Shown: one piece after another, positions 30,950 through 40,851 of the stretch | Position numbering within the stretch: the stretch's first letter is position 1 | Layout: each line of letters opens with the position of its first letter | Assembly (NCBI GenBank): GCA_965228475.1 | Contig: OZ245817.1 | Coordinates: 3,776,001-3,840,000 of the forward strand | Source: Myxococcota bacterium | GTDB lineage: Bacteria; Myxococcota_A; UBA9160; JAFDDA01 | DNA length: 64,000 bases | Direction: 5' to 3' | Notes under the pieces: model-generated | Databases searched by the model: none | Seen by the model: only the letters and a program-made list of their open reading frames with translations | Told to the model about the DNA's origin: nothing | Made by a program: the position numbers and the translations under genes

Positions 30950-32580
30950 TGGAGGACGTCTCCAAGGCGGCCGTGCGCAAGCGGAATGCCATCTCCCAGG
31001 TCATGGTCAGCCTGACCGGCGGCGCGCTCGCGGTCTCCATCGTGATGATCACGTCGCTCTTCGCACTGATCTCCGTCCAGGGCCTCGCGCACTTCTGGCC
31101 GGACGATCTCGTCGAGTTCACCTTCGAGGACGGAACGACCGTGCTCGGCGAGGTCCACGAGCGCAAGGTCAGCGAAGACCATCCGGAGGGGCGTCTGCGC
31201 CTCAAGATCGGCAACCGCGACCTCACCGGCCTCGATTTCCGATGGATCCGCGAGGCCGAGGTCACTTCCCGGGAGCTTCCTCGAGATGCTTCGGTCGTCG
31301 AGCGCCTCGAGTGGGGGAACTTCCACGGGCGCATCGTCGAACTCCGGCGCGGCGACGAGATCCTGGCGAGCGGCCCCGCGGCCCGTGAGGCTTTCGACGA
31401 GCTCCACGCCGAGAAGCTCGAAGCCGCGGAGGCGATGGACGAGTTCGCGAACGACGAGATCGGCGAGGTGAACCACCAGATCGAGGAGCTGCGGCTCGAC
31501 CTGCGCCGCATCGAACTCGCCGGGCTCAGCGTCGGCGAGACCCAGCGCCGCCAGCGCGAGGTCTCGGAGCGGACGGCCGAACTCGAGGCGGAGTACGCCG
31601 TCCTGGCCGATCGGCTCGTCGAGATGCGCGAGGATCTCGAGCACGAGACGATCGTGCTCGAGGCCGCGGGCGGCCGGCGGACCGAGATCCCCGTGGCCCA
31701 CGTGGTGCGCGTCTTCGAGCCCAACGCCCTGGGCGCCTTCGGCCGCCTGGCCCTCTTCGTGGAACGCGTCGGGGAGTTCATCTTCGCCGAGCCGCGCGAG
31801 TCGAACACCGAGGGCGGCGTCTTCCCGGCCATCTTCGGCACGGTCCTGATGGTCTTCCTGATGTCCCTCGCCGTCGTGCCCTTCGGCGTGGTCGCTGCGG
31901 TCTACCTGCGCGACTACGCGAAGGAGGGCCCGGTCGTCCAGCTCATCCGCATCGCGGTGAACAACCTCGCGGGCGTCCCCTCGATCGTGTTCGGCGTCTT
32001 CGGACTGGGCTTCTTCGTGTATTTCATGGGCGGGAACATCGACGCCCTCTTCTACCCGGAACGCCTGCCGTCACCGACCTTCGGCACCGGGGGCATCCTC
32101 TGGGCGAGTCTGACCCTCGCCCTGCTGACGCTCCCGGTGGTGATCGTCGCGACCGAAGAAGGCCTCGCCTCGGTCCCCCGGGCCCTGCGCGAAGGCTCGC
32201 GGGCCCTGGGCGCCACGCGCTTCGAGACCCTCACGCGCGTGACCCTGCCTGCTGCGGCGCCCGGGCTCCTCACGGGCGTGATCCTGGCCATGGCCCGCGC
32301 GGCCGGCGAGGTCGCCCCGCTCATGATCGTCGGCATGGTGAAGCTCGCCCCCACCCTTCCGGTGGACGGCAACTTCCCCTTCATCCACTTCGAGCGAAAG
32401 TTCATGCATCTGGGCTTCCACATCTTCGACGTGGGATTCCAGAGCCCGAACGTGGAGGCGGCCAAGCCGCTGGCCTTCGCCACCACCCTGCTGATCGTCC
32501 TGCTGGTCTTCGCCATGACCCTGGTGGCCATCATCGTCCGAGAGCGGCTGCGGTCCCGATTCCGCGGCCAGACGGTCTAG
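30949..32580 (+). CDS. pstA: phosphate ABC permease PstA with periplasmic coiled-coil insertion
   Basis: GGVFPAIFGT, NNLAGVPSIVFGVFG, EGSRALGATRFET, ARAAGEVAP; TGATG overlap with pstC. Confidence 0.9.
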   Translation: MEDVSKAAVRKRNAISQVMVSLTGGALAVSIVMITSLFALISVQGLAHFWPDDLVEFTFEDGTTVLGEVHERKVSEDHPEGRLRLKIGNRDLTGLDFRWIREAEVTSRELPRDASVVERLEWGNFHGRIVELRRGDEILASGPAAREAFDELHAEKLEAAEAMDEFANDEIGEVNHQIEELRLDLRRIELAGLSVGETQRRQREVSERTAELEAEYAVLADRLVEMREDLEHETIVLEAAGGRRTEIPVAHVVRVFEPNALGAFGRLALFVERVGEFIFAEPRESNTEGGVFPAIFGTVLMVFLMSLAVVPFGVVAAVYLRDYAKEGPVVQLIRIAVNNLAGVPSIVFGVFGLGFFVYFMGGNIDALFYPERLPSPTFGTGGILWASLTLALLTLPVVIVATEEGLASVPRALREGSRALGATRFETLTRVTLPAAAPGLLTGVILAMARAAGEVAPLMIVGMVKLAPTLPVDGNFPFIHFERKFMHLGFHIFDVGFQSPNVEAAKPLAFATTLLIVLLVFAMTLVAIIVRERLRSRFRGQTV

Positions 32581-32616
32581 GACGAACGAGAGCACCGGAG
32601 ACGAGGAGTCAGTAGG

Positions 32617-33456
32617 ATGTCGGCAGAGCAACCCGAATCGAGCGTGGAGATTCTCGTGGGCGACGACCCTTCGACCGACCCGGCCCTGAACCCCCGGATC
32701 GACAAGTCCGTGCTCGACGTGCGCGACCTCGACCTCTACTACGGCAACACCCAGGCGCTCATGAAGATCAACATGGGCATCGCCGAGCGCTGCGTGACGG
32801 CGCTCATCGGGCCCTCGGGCTGCGGGAAGTCCACGCTGCTGCGCTGCTTCAACCGCCTGAACGACCTCGTCGACGGCGTCCGCATCGAGGGCTCGGTCGA
32901 GTACCACGGCCAGGACATCTTCGCGCCGGAAGTCGACGTGAACGCGCTCCGGGCGCAGATCGGCATGGTCTTCCAGAAGTCGAACCCGTTCCCGAAGTCG
33001 GTCTACGACAACGTCGCCTACGGCCCGCGCATCCATGGCATGCGGAACCGGGCGGACCTCGATGCCACCGTCGAAGAGAGCCTGCGGGGCGCCGCCCTCT
33101 GGGACGAGGTCAAGGACCGGCTCAAGGACAGCGCCCTCGGGCTCTCGGGTGGCCAGCAGCAGCGCCTCTGCATCGCCCGCGCCATCGCCGTCCAGCCCGA
33201 GGTCATCCTGCTCGACGAACCCTGTTCTGCCCTCGACCCCATCGCCACGGCGAAGATCGAGGAGCTGATCGCAGAGCTCAAGGAGCGCTACACGCTGATC
33301 ATCGTGACGCACAGCCTTCAGCAGGCAGGGCGCGTCTCGGACTTCACCGCCTTCCTCTACCTCGGCGAGCTGATCGAGTACGGCGAGACCGAGGAGCTGT
33401 TCGTGCGGCCCAAGAAGAAGCAGACCGAGGACTACATCACCGGCCGCTTCGGCTGA
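32617..33456 (+). CDS. pstB: phosphate ABC ATP-binding protein
   Basis: [43 protein letters not shown]. Confidence 0.95.
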   Translation: MSAEQPESSVEILVGDDPSTDPALNPRIDKSVLDVRDLDLYYGNTQALMKINMGIAERCVTALIGPSGCGKSTLLRCFNRLNDLVDGVRIEGSVEYHGQDIFAPEVDVNALRAQIGMVFQKSNPFPKSVYDNVAYGPRIHGMRNRADLDATVEESLRGAALWDEVKDRLKDSALGLSGGQQQRLCIARAIAVQPEVILLDEPCSALDPIATAKIEELIAELKERYTLIIVTHSLQQAGRVSDFTAFLYLGELIEYGETEELFVRPKKKQTEDYITGRFG

Positions 33457-33485
33457 TCTCCCGCCGGGCCGTTCCCGGCGCAGCC

Positions 33486-33557
33486 TTCACCATTCCGTCA
33501 CACAAACGGACCCGGTTTCTCAACCGATCCGCCTAGATTTCCACACGATTTCGTCAT
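33486..33557 (+). promoter_or_regulatory. two PHO-like boxes upstream of the porin gene
   Basis: TTCAC-N6-GTCAC (33486-33501) and CACAC-N6-GTCAT (33542-33557) flank TAGATT (33534-33539). Confidence 0.55.
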
Positions 33558-33604
33558 CGTATGCGGAGGTCGCCGACCTCCAGGAAATCTAGGAGGTGAT
33601 TCCA

Positions 33605-34957
33605 GTGCAACGAGGAAACCGGCGGCTCGGCGCCGCGCTGGCGGCCTGGGCGGGCTTCGGCTTCGCCCTCGGGTTCGCGCCCGACGCCGCACACGCGACA
33701 GAGGACACTTCGCTCCACGACCTGATCGTCGTCCTGAAGGAGCGCGGTGCCATCGGAGAGGACGACTACGAGGCCATCGCGGCCAAGAACGCCGCCTACG
33801 AGGCCAAGCAGCGGCAGGACCGCAAGCCGAAGCTCACCTTCTGGGGCGACTTCCGGGCCCGCTATGAAGGCATCTTCTTCAACAAGGACGAAACGGGCGT
33901 CGAGCGGACCAACCGCCACCGCGGCCGCTACCGGTTCCGGTTGAACGGCAAGGCCGAGATCAACTCGCGCGCCCAGGTCATCTTCCGCCTCGTCTCGGGT
34001 GCTCCGGACAACCGCAGCGCGAACCAGAGCTTCGGCACGGCCCTCGACTTCGACACCGACCCGTTCTCGATCGACCGGGCCTACGCCCGCCTCTCGCCGT
34101 TTCCCGGCGGGCGTCTGGGCGAGAACGGCCACCTCGCCGTCGAGATCGGCAAGGTCCCGAACCCCTACGTCTGGAAGAAGGGGCGCGACGTGATGCACTG
34201 GGACCACGACATCTCGCTCGAGGGCGCGACCATCCGGGCCGGCACGCACGTCTCGGAGAACACCGAACTCTTCTTCAACGGTGGCTACTACGTCATCGAC
34301 GAGAACTCCCGCGACAAGGACCCGCACCTGTGGGCGGGGCAGATCGGCGTCCTCTCCGAGCCGGGCGAGTCGGTGGAGTTCGGTGCCCGGGCGACGTACT
34401 ACCACTTCGACTCCCTCGACCCGGAGTTCCACCTGCGCGGCGTAGATGGCACGGGCGGCATCACCAGCGCGGGGGGCAACATCATCGACGGGCTCTCGGG
34501 CGGCGTCGGCGGACAGAACGTCCAGGTCGTCTCGGCCACGGCCTACGTGGCCATGCTCACGGACACGAGCTGGCCGGTGCTCCTCTTCGGAACGTGGTCG
34601 AACAATCTGACGGCCGAGAAGTCGTCGCTCACGATCGCCGAGCAGGAAGACATCGCCTGGGGCGGCGGCGTCGAGATCGGCAACAAGAAGAAGTACGTGA
34701 AGCTCGGCGTCGGCTACTGGCACATCGAGGCCAACGCCTTCCCGTCCCAGTTCATCGACAGCAACATCACCGACGGACGGACCAACCGGGAAGGATGGGT
34801 CGTCTACGCGTCGCGTGCGATCCTGAAGAACACGGACCTGAACCTCACCGCGTTCTTCTCCGACGAGATCAACGACAACGTCCCGCCCTTCGGCGACTCG
34901 GTGCCGAACGCAGACCGCGTCCGCGTCCAGGCGGACCTGGTCTTCAAGTTCAAGTAG
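33605..34957 (+). CDS. putative (phosphate-starvation) outer-membrane porin
   Basis: Signal peptide, short helical N-domain, GDFRARYE, amphipathic strands, C-terminal QADLVFKFK; AGGAGGT RBS before GTG 33605. Confidence 0.75.
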   Translation: MQRGNRRLGAALAAWAGFGFALGFAPDAAHATEDTSLHDLIVVLKERGAIGEDDYEAIAAKNAAYEAKQRQDRKPKLTFWGDFRARYEGIFFNKDETGVERTNRHRGRYRFRLNGKAEINSRAQVIFRLVSGAPDNRSANQSFGTALDFDTDPFSIDRAYARLSPFPGGRLGENGHLAVEIGKVPNPYVWKKGRDVMHWDHDISLEGATIRAGTHVSENTELFFNGGYYVIDENSRDKDPHLWAGQIGVLSEPGESVEFGARATYYHFDSLDPEFHLRGVDGTGGITSAGGNIIDGLSGGVGGQNVQVVSATAYVAMLTDTSWPVLLFGTWSNNLTAEKSSLTIAEQEDIAWGGGVEIGNKKKYVKLGVGYWHIEANAFPSQFIDSNITDGRTNREGWVVYASRAILKNTDLNLTAFFSDEINDNVPPFGDSVPNADRVRVQADLVFKFK

Positions 34958-36752
34958 GGGACGTTCCGTCCGAGGTGCGTTCGGGGCTCGGCCCTTCCGC
35001 TCGCGGCAGCGTGAAGCGGAAGGTCGAGCCCCGTCCGACCTCGCTCTCCATCTGGATCGTGCCCCCCTGGCCCTGCACCAGGTGCTTCACGATGGCGAGC
35101 CCGAGCCCCGTCCCGCCCAGATCCCGCGACCGCGCCTTGTCGACGCGATAGAAGCGCTCGAAGATGCGCTCCCGGTCGTCCGCCGGAACGCCGATGCCGT
35201 CGTCGGTGACCTCGACGGACACGTAGCCCCCGGCCTCCTCGACGCGAACCTGGATCTCTCCGCCGGGCTCCGTGTACTTGATCGCGTTGTCGACCAGGTT
35301 CACCAGGATCTGCTGAACGGCGCCCTGGTCGGCCCGCGCAACGGGGTGCCCCCGGCGCTCGACCGAGGCGACGAGATCCTTCTCGGCGATCGCGCCCTGG
35401 AGATCCTCGATCAGGGTGCCCGCGAGTTCGGCGACGTCGATCTCGGCGAGCTCCGGCTCGACCGCCCGGCTCTCGACCTTCGAAAGTTCGAGCAGATCCG
35501 CAACGAGGTGGGTGAGCCGCTCGGCGTGCCGATCGATCACCTCGAGGTATCGGCGCTGATCGTCCTCTCCGAGGTTCCGGTTCGAAAGGAGCGTCTCGGC
35601 GAATCCGCCGATCGCCGCCAGGGGCGTCCGGAGCTCGTGCGAAGCGTTGGCGACGAAGTCGCGCCGGACCTGCTCGAGCCGGACGATGTCCGTCACGTCG
35701 TGGAAGGCCGCCACGGTGCCGAGGGGCCGGCTCGCGCCGCGCGGGTAGCGAACGGCCTGGACCCGCAGCACCCGCTCGACGGGCATCGCGATCTGGACTT
35801 CGCCGGTGGCCGGCTCGTCGCGGCGGGCGGCCTCGGCGAGGAGGTCGTCGAGCGTGGCGTTGCGAAGCACTTCGAGGAAGGGCCGTCCGACGACGCGTTC
35901 GGAGATCGAGAAGAACTCCTGCGCGCGGTCGTTCACCAGAACGATCTTGCCGTGGAGATCGACCACGATGACGGCCTCGACCATGCCGTTCAGCACGGCG
36001 CCGAGGCGCTCCTTCTCCTGGGTCGCCTCTTCGAGCTGAAGGCGAAGCTGCTCGGCCATGCGGTCGATCGCGCCGGCGATCGGGTCGAGATCGTCTCCGG
36101 CGTGCCGCCGCACGCGCTGGGAGAAGTCCCCCTCGGCGACGCGGATCGCCACCTGCCCCATGTGTGCGACCGCCCGGGCGTTCGAACGCGCCAGCACCCA
36201 GCCGAGGCCCAGGGCGGCGAGGAGGCCAACGGCGAGCGCCTGGAGGAGCCAGCGGTCGAGGGCCAGGGCGGAACGGTCCTCCCCGAGCGGGACCGCCAGG
36301 CGAATCACGCCGTCGCCGCTCCGCGTCGGGACCGCCACGTAGAGAAGCTCGCGGCCGACCGAGGCGCTCCGGCGGACGGCGGATCCCCGGCCGTCCGAGA
36401 GAGCCGCAGCGATCTCGGGCCGGTCGGCGTGGTTGGCGAACCGATCGACCTGTCCGGGCGGGAGCGCCGAATCCGAGACGACCGTGCCGTCCCGTCGGAT
36501 CAGGGTCACCCGCGCGCCGGAGGCATCGGCGAACGGGCGGATGGCGGCGTCGAGCTCGGCCATCGAAGCCGTCTCGAGGGCGAATCGCGCCAGGGCGGCG
36601 CGCAGGTCGGGAAGGGCCGTCTCGAGCTCGAGGCGACGGACCTCGAGCGCACGGGCGGAGAACTCGCGCCGCGCCTGGAGCCCGACCACCGCCACGACGA
36701 GCACCACCAGGGCGGCCAGGCAGGCGACGAGCTTCCACGGACTACGGGCCAT
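34950..36752 (-). CDS. phoR: sensor histidine kinase PhoR (HAMP, PAS, HisKA, HATPase)
   Basis: RDFVANASHELRTPL, NLVDNAIKY, FERFYRVDKARSR, GGTGLGL. Confidence 0.88.
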   Translation of the reverse strand: MARSPWKLVACLAALVVLVVAVVGLQARREFSARALEVRRLELETALPDLRAALARFALETASMAELDAAIRPFADASGARVTLIRRDGTVVSDSALPPGQVDRFANHADRPEIAAALSDGRGSAVRRSASVGRELLYVAVPTRSGDGVIRLAVPLGEDRSALALDRWLLQALAVGLLAALGLGWVLARSNARAVAHMGQVAIRVAEGDFSQRVRRHAGDDLDPIAGAIDRMAEQLRLQLEEATQEKERLGAVLNGMVEAVIVVDLHGKIVLVNDRAQEFFSISERVVGRPFLEVLRNATLDDLLAEAARRDEPATGEVQIAMPVERVLRVQAVRYPRGASRPLGTVAAFHDVTDIVRLEQVRRDFVANASHELRTPLAAIGGFAETLLSNRNLGEDDQRRYLEVIDRHAERLTHLVADLLELSKVESRAVEPELAEIDVAELAGTLIEDLQGAIAEKDLVASVERRGHPVARADQGAVQQILVNLVDNAIKYTEPGGEIQVRVEEAGGYVSVEVTDDGIGVPADDRERIFERFYRVDKARSRDLGGTGLGLAIVKHLVQGQGGTIQMESEVGRGSTFRFTLPRAEGPSPERTSDGTSPT

Positions 36753-36808
36753 GGCGAGAGGGTATCAGACGGGCCTCTGGCGCCGGGAGGAGGCCACCCG
36801 CGCCCGCC

Positions 36809-37489
<681 letters not shown>

Positions 37490-37563
37490 GACGCCCGGAT
37501 GATATCAACCGGACCCTGCGCTGGAACGCCCGCTCCCCAACGCCCGCGAGAAGACCCCGTTCC

Positions 37564-37579
37564 GTAACGGCTTTGTCAC
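37564..37579 (+). promoter_or_regulatory. PHO-like box between phoB and the BaiE-like gene
   Basis: GTAAC-GGCTTT-GTCAC, 11-bp period. Confidence 0.55.
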
Positions 37580-37635
37580 TCTGCGAGGGGCCCGGCTCCT
37601 GTGGTACACCCTCTCGCGTCGGGAGGATGCCCACC

Positions 37636-38121
37636 ATGGATCTCGAAGCGATCGAGGCGATCAAGCGGGTCAAATTCAAGTACATGCGCTGCCTCGACCA
37701 GAAGCGCTGGGACGAGATCGGCGAGTGCTTCACCGAGGATGCAACCGCCGCGTACAGCGGCGGCAAATACTCCTTCGACGGGCGCGAGGCGATCGTCGAG
37801 TTCCTGCGCAAGGCGATGGGGGCCGAGAGCTTCCTCTCCTGCCACCGGGTCTCGCACCCGGAGATCGACGTCGCCGGCGACGCCGCGACCGGGACCTGGG
37901 CCCTCGAGGACACCGTGATCGAGACCCAGTGGGGCATCACGATCCGCGGCGCCGCCTTCTACGAGGACCGCTACGTCCGAACGCCCGCGGGTTGGCGCAT
38001 CCAGCACACCGGATACCTCCGGACCTACGAAGAGATCCAGCCGCGCGCCAGCGTCGAGGGCCTGAAGCTCACCGCCCACTGGTGGAAGACGAACGGCCAG
38101 AGCGAGCTCGACATCGGGTAG
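37636..38121 (+). CDS. NTF2/SnoaL-fold protein, BaiE (bile-acid 7alpha-dehydratase)-like
   Basis: KYMRCLDQKRWD, HPEI, ATGTWALED, GAAFYEDRY, TGYLRTYEE; GGGAGG RBS. Confidence 0.75.
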   Translation: MDLEAIEAIKRVKFKYMRCLDQKRWDEIGECFTEDATAAYSGGKYSFDGREAIVEFLRKAMGAESFLSCHRVSHPEIDVAGDAATGTWALEDTVIETQWGITIRGAAFYEDRYVRTPAGWRIQHTGYLRTYEEIQPRASVEGLKLTAHWWKTNGQSELDIG

Positions 38122-38193
38122 CACCCGTCGGCGCGCACGACGGCCCGAGCGGCAGCCCTGCTAGACTGCGGCGCGGTTCCGAGGAGGCAACGC

Positions 38194-39219
38194 GTGGCAT
38201 CTCTCAAGTTGGGGATTCAGTTCGGGTACTGGGGCGCGCAGCCCCACACGAATTTCGTCGAGCTGGCCCAGGAGGCCGAGCGGCTCGGGTACGACTCGGT
38301 CTACACGGCCGAGGCCTGGGGCTCGGACTGCTTCTCGCCGCTGGCCTGGATCGGCGCCCACACCGAACGCATCCGGCTCGGCACGGCCGTCTGCCAGCTC
38401 TCGGCCCGCACGCCGACCGCGACCGCCATGGCCACGCTGACCCTCGACCACCTCACGAAGGGCCGCATGATCCTCGGCCTCGGCGTCTCGGGCCCCCAGG
38501 TCGTCGAAGGCTGGTACGGACAGCCCTTCTCGAAGCCCCTCGCCCGCACGCGCGAGTACATCGACATCGTGCGGCAGGTGCTGCGCCGCGAGGGGCCGGT
38601 CGCGAACGACGGCCCGCACTACCCGCTCCCCCTGCCGAGGGACGCGGAAGGCGCCTGGGGTCTGGGCAAGCCGCTGCGCTCGATCACCCACCCGCTGCGG
38701 GCGGACGTGCCCATCTTCATGGGCGCGGAGGGCCCGAAGAACGTCGCCCTCGCGGCGGAGATCGCCGACGGCTGGCTGCCGCTCTACTACTCGCCCTTCC
38801 GCGAGGAGGTCTACGCGGATTCGCTCGCCCACGCGAAGCCGGGCTTCGAGATCACCCAGTTCGTGCTCGCCAACATCCACGACGACGTCGAGACCGCCCT
38901 TGCACCCGTGAAGGCGATGCTCGGCTTCTACATCGGTGGCATGGGCGCGAAGAAGCAGAACTTCCACAAGAACCTGATGGGGCGGATGGGCTTCGAAGCC
39001 GAGGCCGACAAGATCCAGGAGCTCTTCTTCGAGGGGAAGCGGGACGAGGCCATCGCCATCGTGCCGAGCGAGTTCGCCGACGAGATCTCCCTGTGTGGGC
39101 CCGTCGACCGCATCCGTGACCGCGTCCAGGCCTGGAAGGAGAGCGCGGTCACGAGCCTGCTGCTCACGCCGACCGATCCGGGGACGATGCGCACCATGGC
39201 CGAGCTGGTTCTTTCCTAG
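38194..39219 (+). CDS. LLM-class (probably F420-dependent) oxidoreductase
   Basis: AEAWGSD, ARTPTATAM, LGLGVSGPQVVEGWYG, GAEGPKNV. Confidence 0.87.
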   Translation: MASLKLGIQFGYWGAQPHTNFVELAQEAERLGYDSVYTAEAWGSDCFSPLAWIGAHTERIRLGTAVCQLSARTPTATAMATLTLDHLTKGRMILGLGVSGPQVVEGWYGQPFSKPLARTREYIDIVRQVLRREGPVANDGPHYPLPLPRDAEGAWGLGKPLRSITHPLRADVPIFMGAEGPKNVALAAEIADGWLPLYYSPFREEVYADSLAHAKPGFEITQFVLANIHDDVETALAPVKAMLGFYIGGMGAKKQNFHKNLMGRMGFEAEADKIQELFFEGKRDEAIAIVPSEFADEISLCGPVDRIRDRVQAWKESAVTSLLLTPTDPGTMRTMAELVLS

Positions 39220-39223
39220 GGAG

Positions 39224-40345
39224 ATGCGGACGCTCGGAGTCCTACTGGCGGTGCTCCTGGCCGGGCCCGTGCACGTCGCCCTCGCAGCGACGCCCGAAGA
39301 GACCCGCGAGCACTGCACCGATTGGGTCGAGCAGCGGATCGAGCTCCGGCACATCCCCCGGGACGAGATCGACGGGGCGGACATCTGCGCCCGCTTCGCC
39401 GCCGCCGTCGCCGACGGCCTCCCGCGCGTGCGCTGGGGCCCGTGGATGCACCGCGAGATGATCGACGCGGAGTTCCGCTTCGCGCCGAAGGGCGCCCGCC
39501 ACGCGGCAGGAGCCCGCTACCGCTTCCCCTACCAGCCCTGGATCCCGCGGCTCGCGGGCCAGGGGCCGGGCGGCGAGACCCACGACACCCCCGAGGATCA
39601 CTTCGCCTACGACTTCCTGATGCCGCGCGGCGCGCTGGTGCAGGCGGCGCGCGAGGGAACCGTCGCCGCGGTGCGGGATGGATCGACGGCCCGGAACGTC
39701 ACCGAGCGCTCCGGCGACAGCGGGAACGCCGTGATGGTGCTCCACGAGGACGGCACCTTCGCCCTCTACGCACACCTGGAGCCGGGGATCCCCGTCAAGC
39801 GCGGGCAGAAGGTGAAACGCGGCACCGTGCTCGGACTGGCCGGGAACACGGGCTTCGCGAAAGGCTCCCATCTTCATTTCGTCGTTCGCGCGCGCAACGC
39901 CGAAGGGGACCTCATCTCGGTCCCGGTGCGGTTCGGACGCCCGGGCACGCCCGGCCAGGAGATCCAGGTCGGCCAACACTACGGAAGAATCCCGACCGGC
40001 AAGAGGCGGCTCGCCGTCCGGGTCGACGGGGTGGAAGCCAACAACGGCAGCCCGATGACGGTCCGAGAAGGCGACACGCTCGCCGTCGAGGTCCGGATGG
40101 GCGGAACCGACGTCACCGGGAGCGATCGCCTGCGCTTCGAAACGATGACGCTCTGGAGCCTCGACGGCACGGAGGCCCCGCGGCTGCGCGTCCGGCCGGA
40201 CCCGAGCGTCCCGACCGAGTTCGTCCTCGAGAGCATCCCGGACAAGAACCGCAGCGAGGGACTCCTCTTCGTGTACCACGGCGAGCCGTGGGACACCGAC
40301 TTCGGCCTCTTCCAACTCCGCTTCACGATCGAGAAAGGCTCATGA
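39224..40345 (+). CDS. M23 family metallopeptidase, exported
   Basis: Signal peptide, HFAYD (HxxxD), YAHL, GNTG, HLHF. Confidence 0.8.
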   Translation: MRTLGVLLAVLLAGPVHVALAATPEETREHCTDWVEQRIELRHIPRDEIDGADICARFAAAVADGLPRVRWGPWMHREMIDAEFRFAPKGARHAAGARYRFPYQPWIPRLAGQGPGGETHDTPEDHFAYDFLMPRGALVQAAREGTVAAVRDGSTARNVTERSGDSGNAVMVLHEDGTFALYAHLEPGIPVKRGQKVKRGTVLGLAGNTGFAKGSHLHFVVRARNAEGDLISVPVRFGRPGTPGQEIQVGQHYGRIPTGKRRLAVRVDGVEANNGSPMTVREGDTLAVEVRMGGTDVTGSDRLRFETMTLWSLDGTEAPRLRVRPDPSVPTEFVLESIPDKNRSEGLLFVYHGEPWDTDFGLFQLRFTIEKGS

Positions 40346-40773
40346 GCTCTCGCATCCTCGCCACCCTCTTCTTTCTTCCCCTTTCGCTCGCTCCCCTCCC
40401 CGTCCACGGCGACGACGTCTCCGCGCCGCGCCGCTTCACGCGCGTCCCGGCACCGGAGGGCGTGCAGATCCGCCGGTTCAACAAGACGGAAGGCGAGAGC
40501 CCGGAGAAAGGAGGCCGCGTCACGGTGCACTACCACGGCACGCTCCCCGACGGCCGGGTCTTCGACAGCACCCGCCGCCGCGGGCGACCGGCGTCCTTCC
40601 GCCTCGACGGGGTGATCGAATGCTGGAAGATCGCCCTGCCCCGGCTGCGCGTCGGCGAGAAGGCCGAGATCATCTGCCCGCCCGACGTCGCCTACGGCGG
40701 GAAGGGCTCGCCCCCGACCATTCCCGGTAACGCCCGACTCAAATTCGAGGTCGAGCTGCTCGGCGTCGACTGA
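40342..40773 (+). CDS. FKBP-type peptidyl-prolyl isomerase, exported
   Basis: VTVHYHGTL.DG.VFDS, VIECW, AYG..G..P.IP, FEVELL. Confidence 0.9.
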   Translation: MSSRILATLFFLPLSLAPLPVHGDDVSAPRRFTRVPAPEGVQIRRFNKTEGESPEKGGRVTVHYHGTLPDGRVFDSTRRRGRPASFRLDGVIECWKIALPRLRVGEKAEIICPPDVAYGGKGSPPTIPGNARLKFEVELLGVD

Positions 40774-40851
40774 TCCGCAGCGCGGTTCCGCCCGTCTGGT
40801 TTGATCGTTCCAGAGCAAATGGGTTCTTCTTGGCTTCGCCGGGGAGGAACC

